Source of the DNA: Eledone cirrhosa
Lineage: Eukaryota
Direction of reading: 5' to 3'
Length of the DNA stretch: 64,000 nt
NCBI GenBank assembly: GCA_964016885.1
Contig: OZ024740.1
Span: 318,742,001 to 318,806,000 of the forward strand
In this document: positions 28,054 to 43,000 of the stretch, one piece after another
Layout: each line of letters opens with the position of its first letter
Position numbering within the stretch: position 1 is the first letter of the stretch
Translations under genes and position numbers: made by a program
Notes under the pieces: model-generated
What the model was told of the DNA's origin: nothing
What the model saw: the letters and a program-made list of their open reading frames with translations, nothing else
Database searches by the model: none

Positions 28054-31000
28054 CTACAATACTCACAACAAATAATCCAGGATTGTCTCGTCTATTTACA
28101 CAACTTACATTCTATCTGACATTCTAACGTGTCTACCAATTCGAAGTCTTTCTACTACAATACTAACTTTAAACAATCCAGGATTGTCTCCTCTATTTCC
28201 ACAACTTACATTCTATCTGAAATTGAAACGACTCTACCAATTCGATGTCTTTGTACTACAATACTCACGAAAAAATAATCCAGGATTGTATCGTCTTTTT
28301 CCACAACTTACATTCTATCTGACATTCTAACGACTCTACCAATTCGCTGTATTTCTTCTACAATACTAACTTCAATTAGTCCAGGATTGTCTCATCTATT
28401 TCCACAACTTACATTCTATCTGATATTCGAACGACTCTACCAATTCGAAGTCTTTCTACTACAATACTGACAACAAATAATGCAGGATTGTCTCGTCTAT
28501 TTCCACAACTTACATTCTATCTGACATTCTAACGACTCTACCAATTCGAAGTCTTTCTATTACAATACTCACAACAAATAATCCAGGATTGTCTCGTCTA
28601 TTTCCACAACTTACATTCTATCTGACATTCTAACGACTCTACGAATTCGCTGTCTCTCTACTACAATACTCACAACAAACAATCCAGGATTGTCTCGTCT
28701 ATTTCTACAACTTACATTCTATGTGACATTCAAACGACTCTATCAATTCGAAGTCTTTCTACTACAATACTAACGTCAAATAATCCAGGATTGTCTCGTC
28801 TATTTCCACAACTTACGTTATATCTGACATTCTAACGACTCTACCAATTCGAATTCTTTATATTACAATACTCACAACAAATAATCCACGACTGTCTCGT
28901 CTATTTCCACAACTTACATTCTATCTGACATTCTAACGACTCTACCAATTCGATGTGTTTCTACTACAATACTCACAACAAATAATCCAGGATTGGCTCG
29001 TCTATCTCCAGACCTTACATTCTATCTGACATTCTAACGACTCTACCAGTTCGCTGTATTTCTACTACAAAACTAACTTCAAATAATCCAGGATTGTCTC
29101 GTCTATTTCCACAACTTACATTCTATCTGATATTCTAACGACTCTACCCATTCGCTGTATTTCTACTACAATACTAACTTCAAATAATCCAGGATCGTCT
29201 CGTCTACTTCCACAAGTTACATTGTATCTGATATTCTAACGACTCTACCAATTCGAAGTCTTTCTACTACAATACTCACAACAAATAATCCAGGATTGTC
29301 TCGTCTATTTCCACAACTTACATTCTATCTGGCATTCTAATGACTCTACCAATTCGCTGTCTTTCTACTACAATACTCACAACAAATAATCCATATTGTC
29401 TCGTCTATTTCCACAACTTACATTCTATCTGACATTCAAACGACTCTATCAATTCGAAGTCTTTCTACTACAATACTAACTTTAAATAATCCAGGATTGT
29501 CTCCTCTATTTCCACAATTTACATTTTATATGAAATTCTAACGACTCTACCAATTCGATGTCTTTCTACTACAATACTCACAACAAATAATCCAGGATTG
29601 TATAGTCTATTTCTACAACTTACATTCTATCTGACATTCTAACGACTCTACCAATTCGAAGTCTTTCTGCTACAATACTCACAACAAATAATCCAGGATT
29701 GTCTCGTCTATTTACACAACTTACATTCTATCTGACATTCTAACGTGTCTACCAATTCGAAGTCTTTCTACTACAATACTAACTTTAAACAATCCAGGAT
29801 TGTCTCCTCTATTTCCACAACTTACATTCTATCTGAAATTGAAACGACTCTACCAATTCGATGTCTTTGTACTACAATACTCACGAAAAAATAATCCAGG
29901 ATTGTATCGTCTTTTTCCACAACTTACATTCTATCTGACATTCTAACGACTCTACCAATTCGCTGTATTTCTTCTACAATACTAACTTCAATTAGTCCAG
30001 GATTGTCTCATCTATTTCCACAACTTACATTCTATCTGATATTCGAACGACTCTACCAATTCGAAGTCTTTCTACTACAATACTGACAACAAATAATGCA
30101 GGATTGTCTCGTCTATTTCCACAACTTACATTCTATCTGACATTCTAACGACTCTACCAATTCGAAGTCTTTCTATTACAATACTCACAACAAATAATCC
30201 AGGATTGTCTCGTCTATTTCCACAACTTACATTCTATCTGACATTCTAACGACTCTACGAATTCGCTGTCTCTCTACTACAATACTCACAACAAACAATC
30301 CAGGATTGTCTCGTCTATTTCTACAACTTACATTCTATGTGACATTCAAACGACTCTATCAATTCGAAGTCTTTCTACTACAATACTAACGTCAAATAAT
30401 CCAGGATTGTCTCGTCTATTTCCACAACTTACGTTATATCTGACATTCTAACGACTCTACCAATTCGAATTCTTTATATTACAATACTCACAACAAATAA
30501 TCCACGACTGTCTCGTCTATTTCCACAACTTACATTCTATCTGACATTCTAACGACTCTACCAATTCGATGTGTTTCTACTACAATACTCACAACAAATA
30601 ATCCAGGATTGGCTCGTCTATCTCCAGACCTTACATTCTATCTGACATTCTAACGACTCTACCAGTTCGCTGTATTTCTACTACAAAACTAACTTCAAAT
30701 AATCCAGGATTGTCTCGTCTATTTCCACAACTTACATTCTATCTGATATTCTAACGACTCTACCCATTCGCTGTATTTCTACTACAATACTAACTTCAAA
30801 TAATCCAGGATCGTCTCGTCTACTTCCACAAGTTACATTGTATCTGATATTCTAACGACTCTACCAATTCGAAGTCTTTCTACTACAATACTCACAACAA
30901 ATAATCCAGGATTGTCTCGTCTATTTCCACAACTTACATTCTATCTGGCATTCTAATGACTCTACCAATTCGCTGTCTTTCTACTACAATACTCACAACA

Positions 31001-31309
31001 AATAATCCATATTGTCTCGTCTATTTCCACAACTTACATTCTATCTGACATTCAAACGACTCTATCAATTCGAAGTCTTTCTACTACAATACTAACTTTA
31101 AATAATCCAGGATTGTCTCCTCTATTTCCACAATTTACATTTTATATGAAATTCTAACGACTCTACCAATTCGATGTCTTTCTACTACAATACTCACAAC
31201 AAATAATCCAGGATTGTATAGTCTATTTCTACAACTTACATTCTATCTGACATTCTAACGACTCTACCAATTCGAAGTCTTTCTGCTACAATACTCACAA
31301 CAAATAATC
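28054..31309 (+). repeat. 16-monomer (1616 bp) tandem duplication
   Basis: TCTATTTACAC at 28091/29707 and CACGAAAAAA at 28266/29882 (offset 1616). Confidence 0.93.
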
Positions 31310-34300
31310 AAGGATTGTCTCGTCTATTTCCACACCTTACATTCTATCTGACATTCTATCGACTCTACCTATTCGCTGTATTTCTACTACAATACTCACA
31401 ACAAATAATCCAGCATTGTCTCGTCTATCCACAACTCACATTCTATCTGACATTCTAACGACTCTATCAATTCGAATTCTTTATATTACAATACTCACAA
31501 CAAATAATCCACGACTGTCTCGTCTATTTCCACAACTTACATTCTATCTGACATTATAACGACTCTACCAGTTCGCTGTATTTCAACTACAATACTAACT
31601 TCAAATAATCCAGGATTGTCTCGTCTATTACCACAACTTACATTCTATCTGATATTCTAACGACTCTACCAATTCGAAGTCTTTCTACTACAATACTCAC
31701 AACAAATTTCCAGGATTGTCTCGTCTATTTCCACAACTTACATTCTATCTGGCATTCTAATGACTCTACCAATTCGCTGTCTTTCTACTACAATACTCAC
31801 AACAAATAATCCATATTGTCTCGTCTATTTCCACAACTTACATTCTATCTGACATTCAAACGACTCTATCAATTCGAAGTCTTTCTACTACAATACTAAC
31901 GTCAAATAATCCAGGATTGTCTCGTCTATTTCCACAACTTACTTTCTATCTGACATTCTAACGACTCTACCAATTCGAAGTCTTTCTACTACAATACTCA
32001 CAACAAATATTCCAGGATCGTCTCGTCTATATCCACAACTTACATTCTATCTGACATTCTAACGACTCTACCAATTTGAAGTCTTTCTACTACAATACTA
32101 ACTTTAAATAATCCAGGATTCTCTCCTCTATTTCCACAACTTACATTCTATCTGACATTCTAACGACTCTACCAATTCGAAGTCTTTCTACTACAATACT
32201 CACAACAAATAATCCAGGATTGTATAGTCTATTTCTACAACTTACATTCTAGCTGACATTCTAACGACTCTACCAATTCGAAGTCTTTCTGCTACAATAC
32301 TCACAACAAATAATCCAGGATTGTCTCGTCTATTTCCACACCTTACATTCTACCTGACATTCTAACGACTCTACCTATTCGCTGTATTTCTACTACAATA
32401 CTCACAACAAATAATCCAGCATTGTCTCGTCTATTTCCACAACTTACATTCTATCTGACATTCTAACGACTCTACCAATTCGAAGTCTTTCTACTACAAT
32501 ACTAACAACAAATAATCTGGGATTGTCTCGTCTATTTCCACAACATACATTCTATCTGACATTCTAACGACTCTACCAATTCGAAGTTTTTCTACTACAA
32601 TACTCCCAACAAATAATCAAGGATTGTATCGTCTATTTCCACAACTTACATTCTATCTGACATTCTAACGACTCTACCCATTCGCTGTATTTCTACTACA
32701 ATACTAACTTCAAATAATCCAGGATTGTCTCCTCTATTTCCACAACTTACATTCTATGTCACATTCTAACGAGTCTACCAATTCGCTGTGTTTCTACTAC
32801 AATACTCACAACAAATAAACCAGGATTGTCTCGTCTATTTCCACAACTTACATTATATCTGACATACTAACGACTCTACGAATTCGAAGTCTTTCTACTA
32901 CAATACTAACTTTAATCTATCCAGGATTGTCTCCTCTATTTCCACAACTTACATTCTATCTGACATTCTAACGACTCTACCAATTCGCTGTATTTCTACT
33001 ACAATACTAACTTCAAATAATCCAGGATTGTATCGGCTATTTCCACAACTTACATTCTATCTGACATTCTAACGACTCTACCAATTCGCTGTCTTTCTAC
33101 TACAATACTAACAACATATAATCTAGGATTGTCTCGTCTATTTCCACAACTTACAATCTATCTGATATTCGAACGACTCTACCAATTCGAAGTCTTTCTG
33201 CTACAATACTCACAACAAATAATCTAGGATTGTCTCGTCTATTTCCACAACTTACATTCTATCTGACATTCTAACGACTCTAACAATTCGAAGTCTTTCT
33301 ACTACAATACTCACAACAAATAATCCAGGATCGTCTCATCTATTTCCACAACTTACATTCTATCTGACATTCTAACGACTCTACCAATTCGATGTGTTTC
33401 TACTACAATACTCACGTCAAATAATCCAGGATTGTCTCGTCTATCTCCAGACCTTACATTCTATCTGACATTCTAACGACTCTACCAGTTCGCTGTATTT
33501 CTACTACAATACTCACAACAAATAATCCAGGATTGTCTCGTCTATTTCCACAACTTACATTCTATCTCACATTCTAACGTGTCTACCAATTCGAAGTCTT
33601 TCTACTACAATACTACCTTTAAACAGTCCAGGATTGTCTCCTCTATTTCCACAACTTACATTCTATCTGACATTGAAACGACTCTACCAAATCGATGTCT
33701 TTGTACTACAATACTCACAACAAACAATCCAGGATTGTCTCGTCTATTTCTACAACTTACATTCTATGTGACATTGAAACGACTCTATCAATTCGAAGTC
33801 TTTCTACAACAATACTAACGTAAAATTATCCATGATTGTCTCGTCCATTTCCACAACTTACATTCTATCTGACATTCTAACGCCTCTACCAATTCGAAGT
33901 CTTTCTACTACAATACTAACTTTAAATAATCCAGGATTGTCTCGTCTATCTCCAGACCTTACATTCTATATGACATTCTAACGACTCAACCAGTTCGCTG
34001 TATTTCAACTACAATACTACCTTCAAATAATCCAGGATTGTCTCGTCTATTTCTACAACTTACATTCTATCTGATATTCTAAAGACTCTACCCATTCGCT
34101 GTATTTCTACTACAATACTAACTTCAAATAATCCAGGATTGTCTCGTCTACTTCCACAAATCACATTATATGTGATATTCTAACGACTCTACCAATTCGA
34201 AGTCTTTCTACTACAATACTCACAACAAATAATCCATATTGTCTCGTCTATTTCCACAACTCACATTCTATCTGACATTCTAACGACTCTATCAATTCGA

Positions 34301-35539
34301 AGTCTTTCTACTACAATACTAACGTCAAATAATCCAGGATCGTCTCGTCTATTTCCACAACTTACATTCTATCTGACATTCTAACGACTCTACCAATTCG
34401 AAGTCTTTCTACTACAATACTAACAACAAATAATCTGGGATTGTCTCGTCTATTTCCACAACATACATTCTATCTGACATTCTAACGACTCTACCAATTC
34501 GAAGTTTTTCTACTACAATACTCCCAACAAATAATCAAGGATTGTATCGTCGATTACCACAACTTACATTCTATCTGACATTCTAACGACTCTACCCATT
34601 CGCTGTATTTCTACTACAATACTAACTTCAAATAATCCAGGATTGTCTCCTCTATTTCCACAACTTACATTCTAAGTCACATTCTAACGAGTCTACCAAT
34701 TCGCTGTGTTTCTACTACAATACTCACAACAAATAAACCAGGAATGTCTCCTCTATTTCCACAACTTACATTCTATCTGACATTCTAACGACTCTACCAA
34801 TTCGCTGTCTTTCTACTACAATACTAACTTCAAATAATCCAGGATTGTATCGGCTATTTCCACAACTTACATTCTATCTGACATTCTAACGACTCTACCA
34901 ATTCGCTGTCTTTCTACTACAATACTAACAACATATAATCTAGGATTGTCTCGTCTATTTCCACAACATACAATCTATCTGATATTCGAACGACTCTACC
35001 AATTCGAAGTCTTTCTGCTACAATACTAACAACAAATAATCTAGGATTGTCTCGTCTATTTGCACAACTTACATTCTATCTGACATTCTAACGACTCTAA
35101 CAATTCGAAGTCTTTCTACTACAATACTCACAACAAATAATCCAGGATTGTCTCATCTATTTCCACAACTTACATTCTATCTGACATTCTAACGACTCTA
35201 CCAATTCGATGTGTTTCTACTACAATACTCACGTCAAATAATCCAGGATTGTCTCGTCTATCTCCAGACCTTACATTCTATCTGACATTCTAACGACTCT
35301 ACCAGTTCGCTGTATTTCTACTACAATACTCACAACAAATAATCCAGGATTGTCTCGTCTATTTCCACAACTTACATTCTATCTAACATTCTAACGTGTC
35401 TACCAATTCGAAGTCTTTCTACTACAATACTAACTTTAAACAATCCAGGATTGTCTCCTCTATTTCCACAACTTACATTCTATCTGACATTGAAACGACT
35501 CTACCAATTCGATGTCTTTGTACTACAATACTCACAAAA

Positions 35540-38500
35540 CAATAATCCAGGATTGTATCGTCTTTTTCCACAACTTACATTCTATCTGACATTCTAACGA
35601 CTCTACCAATTCGCTGAATTTCTACTACAATACTAACAACATATAATCCATATTGTCTCGTCTATTTCCACAACTCACATTCTATCTGACATTCTAACGA
35701 CTCTATCAATTCGAAGTCTTTCTACTACAATACTAACGTCAAATAATCCAGGATCGTCTCGTCTATTTCCACAACTTACATTCTATCTGACATTCTAACG
35801 ACTCTACCAATTCGAAGTCTTTCTACTACAATACTAACAACAAATAATCTGGGATTGTCTCGTCTATTTCCACAACATACATTCTATCTGACATTCTAAC
35901 GACTCTACCAATTCGAAGTTTTTCTACTACAATACTCCCAACAAATAATCAAGGATTGTATCGTCGATTACCACAACTTACATTCTATCTGACATTCTAA
36001 CGACTCTACCCATTCGCTGTATTTCTACTACAATACTAACTTCAAATAATCCAGGATTGTCTCCTCTATTTCCACAACTTACATTCTAAGTCACATTCTA
36101 ACGAGTCTACCAATTCGCTGTGTTTCTACTACAATACTCACAACAAATAAACCAGGAATGTCTCCTCTATTTCCACAACTTACATTCTATCTGACATTCT
36201 AACGACTCTACCAATTCGCTGTCTTTCTACTACAATACTAACTTCAAATAATCCAGGATTGTATCGGCTATTTCCACAACTTACATTCTATCTGACATTC
36301 TAACGACTCTACCAATTCGCTGTCTTTCTACTACAATACTAACAACATATAATCTAGGATTGTCTCGTCTATTTCCACAACATACAATCTATCTGATATT
36401 CGAACGACTCTACCAATTCGAAGTCTTTCTGCTACAATACTAACAACAAATAATCTAGGATTGTCTCGTCTATTTGCACAACTTACATTCTATCTGACAT
36501 TCTAACGACTCTAACAATTCGAAGTCTTTCTACTACAATACTAACGTCAAATAATCCAGGATTGTCTCGTCTATTTCCACAACTTACGTTCTATCTGACA
36601 TTCTAACGACTCTACCAATTCGAATTCTTTCTATTACAATACTCACAACAAATAATCCAGGATTGTCTCGTCTATTTCCACAACTTACATTCTATCTGAC
36701 ATTCTAACGACTCTACCAATTCGAAGTCTTTCTACTACAATACTAACAACAAATAATCTGGGATTGTCTCGTCTATTTCCACAACATACATTCTATCTGA
36801 CATTCTAACGACTCTACCAATTCGAAGTTTTTCTACTACAATACTCCCAACAAATAATCAAGGATTGTATCGTCGATTACCACAACTTACATTCTATCTG
36901 ACATTCTAACGACTCTACCCATTCGCTGTATTTCTACTACAATACTAACTTCAAATAATCCAGGATTGTCTCCTCTATTTCCACAACTTACATTCTATGT
37001 CACATTCTAACGAGTCTACCAATTCGCTGTGTTTCTACTACAATACTCACAACAAATAAACCAGGATTGTCTCCTCTATTTCCACAACTTACATTCTATC
37101 TGACATTCTAACGACTCTACCAATTCGCTGTCTTTCTACTACAATACTAACTTCAAATAATCCAGGATTGTATCGGCTATTTCCACAACTTACATTCTAT
37201 CTGACATTCTAACGACTCTACCAATTCGCTGTCTTTCTACTACAATACTAACAACATATAATCTAGGATTGTCTCGTCTATTTCCACAACTTACAATCTA
37301 TCTGATATTCGAACGACTCTACCAATTCGAAGTCTTTCTGCTACAATACTAACAACAAATAATCTAGGATTGTCTCGTCTATTTCCACAACTTACATTCT
37401 ATCTGACATTCTAACGACTCTACCAATTCAATGTGTTTCTACTACAATACTCACGTCAAATAATCCAGGATTGTCTCGTCTATCTCCAGACCTTACATTC
37501 TATCTGACATTCTAACGACTCTACCAGATCGCTGTATTTCTACTACAATACTCACAACAAATAATCCAGGATTGTCTCGTCTATTTCCACAACTTACATT
37601 CTATCTCACATTCTAACGTGTCTACCAATTCGAAGTCTTTCTACTACAATACTAACTTTAAACAATCCAGGATTGTCTCCTCTATTTCCACAACTTACAT
37701 TCTATCTGACATTGAAACGACTCTACCAATTCGATGTCTTTGTACTACAATACTCACAAAAAAATAATCCAGGATTGTATCGTCTTTTTCCACAACTTAC
37801 ATTCTATCTGATATTCTAACGACTCTACCAATTCGCTGAATTTCTACTACAATACTAACAACATATAATCCATATTGTCTCGTCTATTTCCACAACTCAC
37901 ATTCTATCTGACATTCTAACGACTCTATCAATTCGAAGTCTTTCTACTACAATACTAACGTCAAATAATCCAGGATCGTCTCGTCTATTTCCACAACTTA
38001 CATTCTATCTGACATTCTAACGACTCTACCAATTCGAAGTCTTTCTACTACAATACTAACAACAAATAATCTGGGATTGTCTCGTCTATTTCCACAACAT
38101 ACATTCTATCTGACATTCTAACGACTCTACCAATTCGAAGTTTTTCTACTACAATACTCCCAACAAATAATCAAGGATTGTATCGTCGATTACCACAACT
38201 TACATTCTATCTGACATTCTAACGACTCTACCCATTCGCTGTATTTCTACTACAATACTAACTTCAAATAATCCAGGATTGTCTCCTCTATTTCCACAAC
38301 TTACATTCTAAGTCACATTCTAACGAGTCTACCAATTCGCTGTGTTTCTACTACAATACTCACAACAAATAAACCAGGAATGTCTCCTCTATTTCCACAA
38401 CTTACATTCTATCTGACATTCTAACGACTCTACCAATTCGCTGTCTTTCTACTACAATACTAACTTCAAATAATCCAGGATTGTATCGGCTATTTCCACA

Positions 38501-40050
38501 ACTTACATTCTATCTGACATTCTAACGACTCTACCAATTCGCTGTCTTTCTACTACAATACTAACAACATATAATCTAGGATTGTCTCGTCTATTTCCAC
38601 AACATACAATCTATCTGATATTCGAACGACTCTACCAATTCGAAGTCTTTCTGCTACAATACTAACAACAAATAATCTAGGATTGTCTCGTCTATTTGCA
38701 CAACTTACATTCTATCTGACATTCTAACGACTCTAACAATTCGAAGTCTTTCTACTACAATACTAACGTCAAATAATCCAGGATTGTCTCGTCTATTTCC
38801 ACAACTTACGTTCTATCTGACATTCTAACGACTCTACCAATTCGAATTCTTTCTATTACAATACTCACAACAAATAATCCAGGATTGTCTCGTCTATTTC
38901 CACAACTTACATTCTATCTGACATTCTAACGACTCTACCAATTCGAAGTCTTTCTACTACAATACTAACAACAAATAATCTGGGATTGTCTCGTCTATTT
39001 CCACAACATACATTCTATCTGACATTCTAACGACTCTACCAATTCGAAGTTTTTCTACTACAATACTCCCAACAAATAATCAAGGATTGTATCGTCGATT
39101 ACCACAACTTACATTCTATCTGACATTCTAACGACTCTACCCATTCGCTGTATTTCTACTACAATACTAACTTCAAATAATCCAGGATTGTCTCCTCTAT
39201 TTCCACAACTTACATTCTATGTCACATTCTAACGAGTCTACCAATTCGCTGTGTTTCTACTACAATACTCACAACAAATAAACCAGGATTGTCTCCTCTA
39301 TTTCCACAACTTACATTCTATCTGACATTCTAACGACTCTACCAATTCGCTGTCTTTCTACTACAATACTAACTTCAAATAATCCAGGATTGTATCGGCT
39401 ATTTCCACAACTTACATTCTATCTGACATTCTAACGACTCTACCAATTCGCTGTCTTTCTACTACAATACTAACAACATATAATCTAGGATTGTCTCGTC
39501 TATTTCCACAACTTACAATCTATCTGATATTCGAACGACTCTACCAATTCGAAGTCTTTCTGCTACAATACTAACAACAAATAATCTAGGATTGTCTCGT
39601 CTATTTCCACAACTTACATTCTATCTGACATTCTAACGACTCTACCAATTCAATGTGTTTCTACTACAATACTCACGTCAAATAATCCAGGATTGTCTCG
39701 TCTATCTCCAGACCTTACATTCTATCTGACATTCTAACGACTCTACCAGATCGCTGTATTTCTACTACAATACTCACAACAAATAATCCAGGATTGTCTC
39801 GTCTATTTCCACAACTTACATTCTATCTCACATTCTAACGTGTCTACCAATTCGAAGTCTTTCTACTACAATACTAACTTTAAACAATCCAGGATTGTCT
39901 CCTCTATTTCCACAACTTACATTCTATCTGACATTGAAACGACTCTACCAATTCGATGTCTTTGTACTACAATACTCACAAAAAAATAATCCAGGATTGT
40001 ATCGTCTTTTTCCACAACTTACATTCTATCTGACATTCTAACGACTCTAC
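35540..40050 (+). repeat. 22-monomer (2222 bp) tandem duplication with internal 9+13 substructure
   Basis: CGATTACC at 35965, 36874, 38187 and 39096 (spacings 909, 1313, 909). CTACCAGATC at 37521/39743 (offset 2222). Confidence 0.92.
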
Positions 40051-43000
40051 GAATTCGCTGTATTTCTACTACAATACTAACTTCAATTAGTCCAGGATTG
40101 TCTCATCTATTTCCACAACTTACATTCTATCTGATATTCGAACGACTCTACCAATTCGAAGTCTTTCTACTACAATACTAACAACAAATAATGCAGGATT
40201 ATCTCGTCTATTTCTACAACTTACATTCTATGTGACATTAAAACGACTCTATCAATTCGAAGTCTTTCTACTACAATACTAACGTCAAATAATCCAGGAT
40301 TGTCTCGTCTATTTCCACAACTTACGTTCGATCTGACATTCTAACGACTCTACCAATTCGAATTCTTTATATTACAATACTCACAACAAATAATCCACGA
40401 CTGTCTCGTCTATTTCCACAACTTACATTCTATCTGACATTCTAACGACTCTACCAATTCGATGTGTTTCTACTACAATACTCACGACAAATAATCCAGG
40501 ATTGTGTCGTCTATTTCCACAACTTACATTCTATCTGACCTTCTAACGACTCTACCAATTCGAAGTGTTTCTACTACAATGCTCACAAAAAATAATCCAC
40601 GACTGTCTCGTCTATTTCCACAACTTACATTCTATCTGACATTCTAACGACTCTACCAATTCGAAGTCTTTCTACTACAATACTAACTTTAAATAATCCA
40701 GGATTGTCTCGTCTATCTCCAGACCTTACATTCTATCTGACATTCTAACGACTCAACCAGTTCGCTGTATTTCAACTACAATACTACCTTCAAATAATCC
40801 AGGATTGTCTCGTCTATTTCCACAACTTACATTCTATCTGATATTCTAAAGACTCTACCCATTCGCTGTATTTCTACTACAATACTAACTTCAAATAATC
40901 CAGGATTGTCTCGTCTACTTCCACAAATCACATTATATGTGATATTCTAACGACTCTACCAATTCGAAGTCTTTCTACTACAATACTCACAACAAATAAT
41001 CCATATTTTCTCGTCTATTTCCACAACTCACATTCTATCTGACATTCTAACGACTCTATCAATTCGAAGTCTTTCTACTACAATACTAACGTCAAATAAT
41101 CCAGGATCGTCTCGTCTATTTCCACAACTTACATTCTATCTGACATTCTAACGACTCTACCAATTCGAAGTCTTTCTACTACAATACTAACAACAAATAA
41201 TCTGGGATTGTCTCGTCTATTTCCACAACATACATTCTATCTGACATTCTAACGACTCTACCAATTCGAAGTTTTTCTACTACAATACTCCCAACAAATA
41301 ATCAAGGATTGTATCGTCGATTACCACAACTTACATTCTATCTGACATTCTAACGACTCTACCCATTCGCTGTATTTCTACTACAATACTAACTTCAAAT
41401 AATCCAGGATTGTCTCCTCTATTTCCACAACTTACATTCTATGTCACATTCTAACGACTCTACCAATTCGCTGTCTTTCTACTACAATACTAACTTCAAA
41501 TAATCCAGGATTGTATCGGCTATTTCCACAACTTACATTCTATCTGACATTCTAACGACTCTACCAATTCGCTGTCTTTCTACTACAATACTAACAACAT
41601 ATAATCTAGGATTGTCTCGTCTATTTCCACAACTTACAATCTATCTGATATTCGAACGACTCTACCAATTCGAAGTCTTTCTGCTACAATACTAACAACA
41701 AATAATCTAGGATTGTCTCGTCTATTTCCACAACTTACATTCTATCTGACATTCTAACGACTCTAACAATTCGAAGTCTTTCTACTACAATACTCACAAC
41801 AAATAATCCAGGATTGTCTCATCTATTTCCACAACTTACATTCTATCTGACATTCTAACGACTCTACCAATTCGATGTGTTTCTACTACAATACTCACGT
41901 CAAATAATCCAGGATTGTCTCGTCTATCTCCAGACCTTACATTCTATCTGACATTCTAACGACTCTACCAGTTCGCTGTATTTCTACTACAATACTCACA
42001 ACAAATAATCCAGGATTGTCTCGTCTATTTCCACAACTTACATTCTATCTAACATTCTAACGTGTCTACCAATTCGAAGTCTTTCTACTACAATACTAAC
42101 TTTAAACAATCCAGGATTGTCTCCTCTATTTCCACAACTTACATTCTATCTGACATTGAAACGACTCTATCAATTCGATGTCTTTGTACTACAATACTCA
42201 CAAAACAATAATCCAGGATTGTATCGTCTTTTTCCACAACTTACATTCTATCTGACATTCTAACGACTCTACCAATTCGCTGAATTTCTACTACAATACT
42301 AACTTCAATTAGTCCAGGATTGTCTCATCTATTTCCACAACTTACATTCTATCTGATATTCGAACGACTCTACCAATTCGAAGTCTTTCTACTACAATAC
42401 TAACAACAAATAATGCAGGATTATCTCGTCTATTTCCACAACTTACATTCTATCTGACATTCTAACGACTCTACGAATTCGCTGTCTTTCTACTACAATA
42501 CTCACAACAAACAATCCAGGATTGTCTCGTCTATTTCTACAACTTACATTCTATGTGACATTAAAACGACTCTATCAATTCGAAGTCTTTCTACTACAAT
42601 ACTAACGTCAAATAATCCAGGATTGTCTCGTCTATTTCCACAACTTACGTTCTATCTGACATTCTAACGACTCTACCAATTCGAATTCTTTATATTACAA
42701 TACTCACAACAAATAATCCACGACTGTCTCGTCTATTTCCACAATTTACATTCTATCTGACATTCTAACGACTCTACCAATTCGATGTGTTTCTACTACA
42801 ATACTCACGACAAATAATCCAGGAATGTGTCGTCTATTTCCACAACTTACATTCTATCTGACATTCTAACGACTCTACGAATTCGCTGTCTTTCTACTAG
42901 AATGCTCACAAAAAATAATCCACGACTGTCTCGTCTATTTCCACAACTTACATTCTATCTGACATTCTAACGACTCTACCAATTCGAAATCTTTCTACTA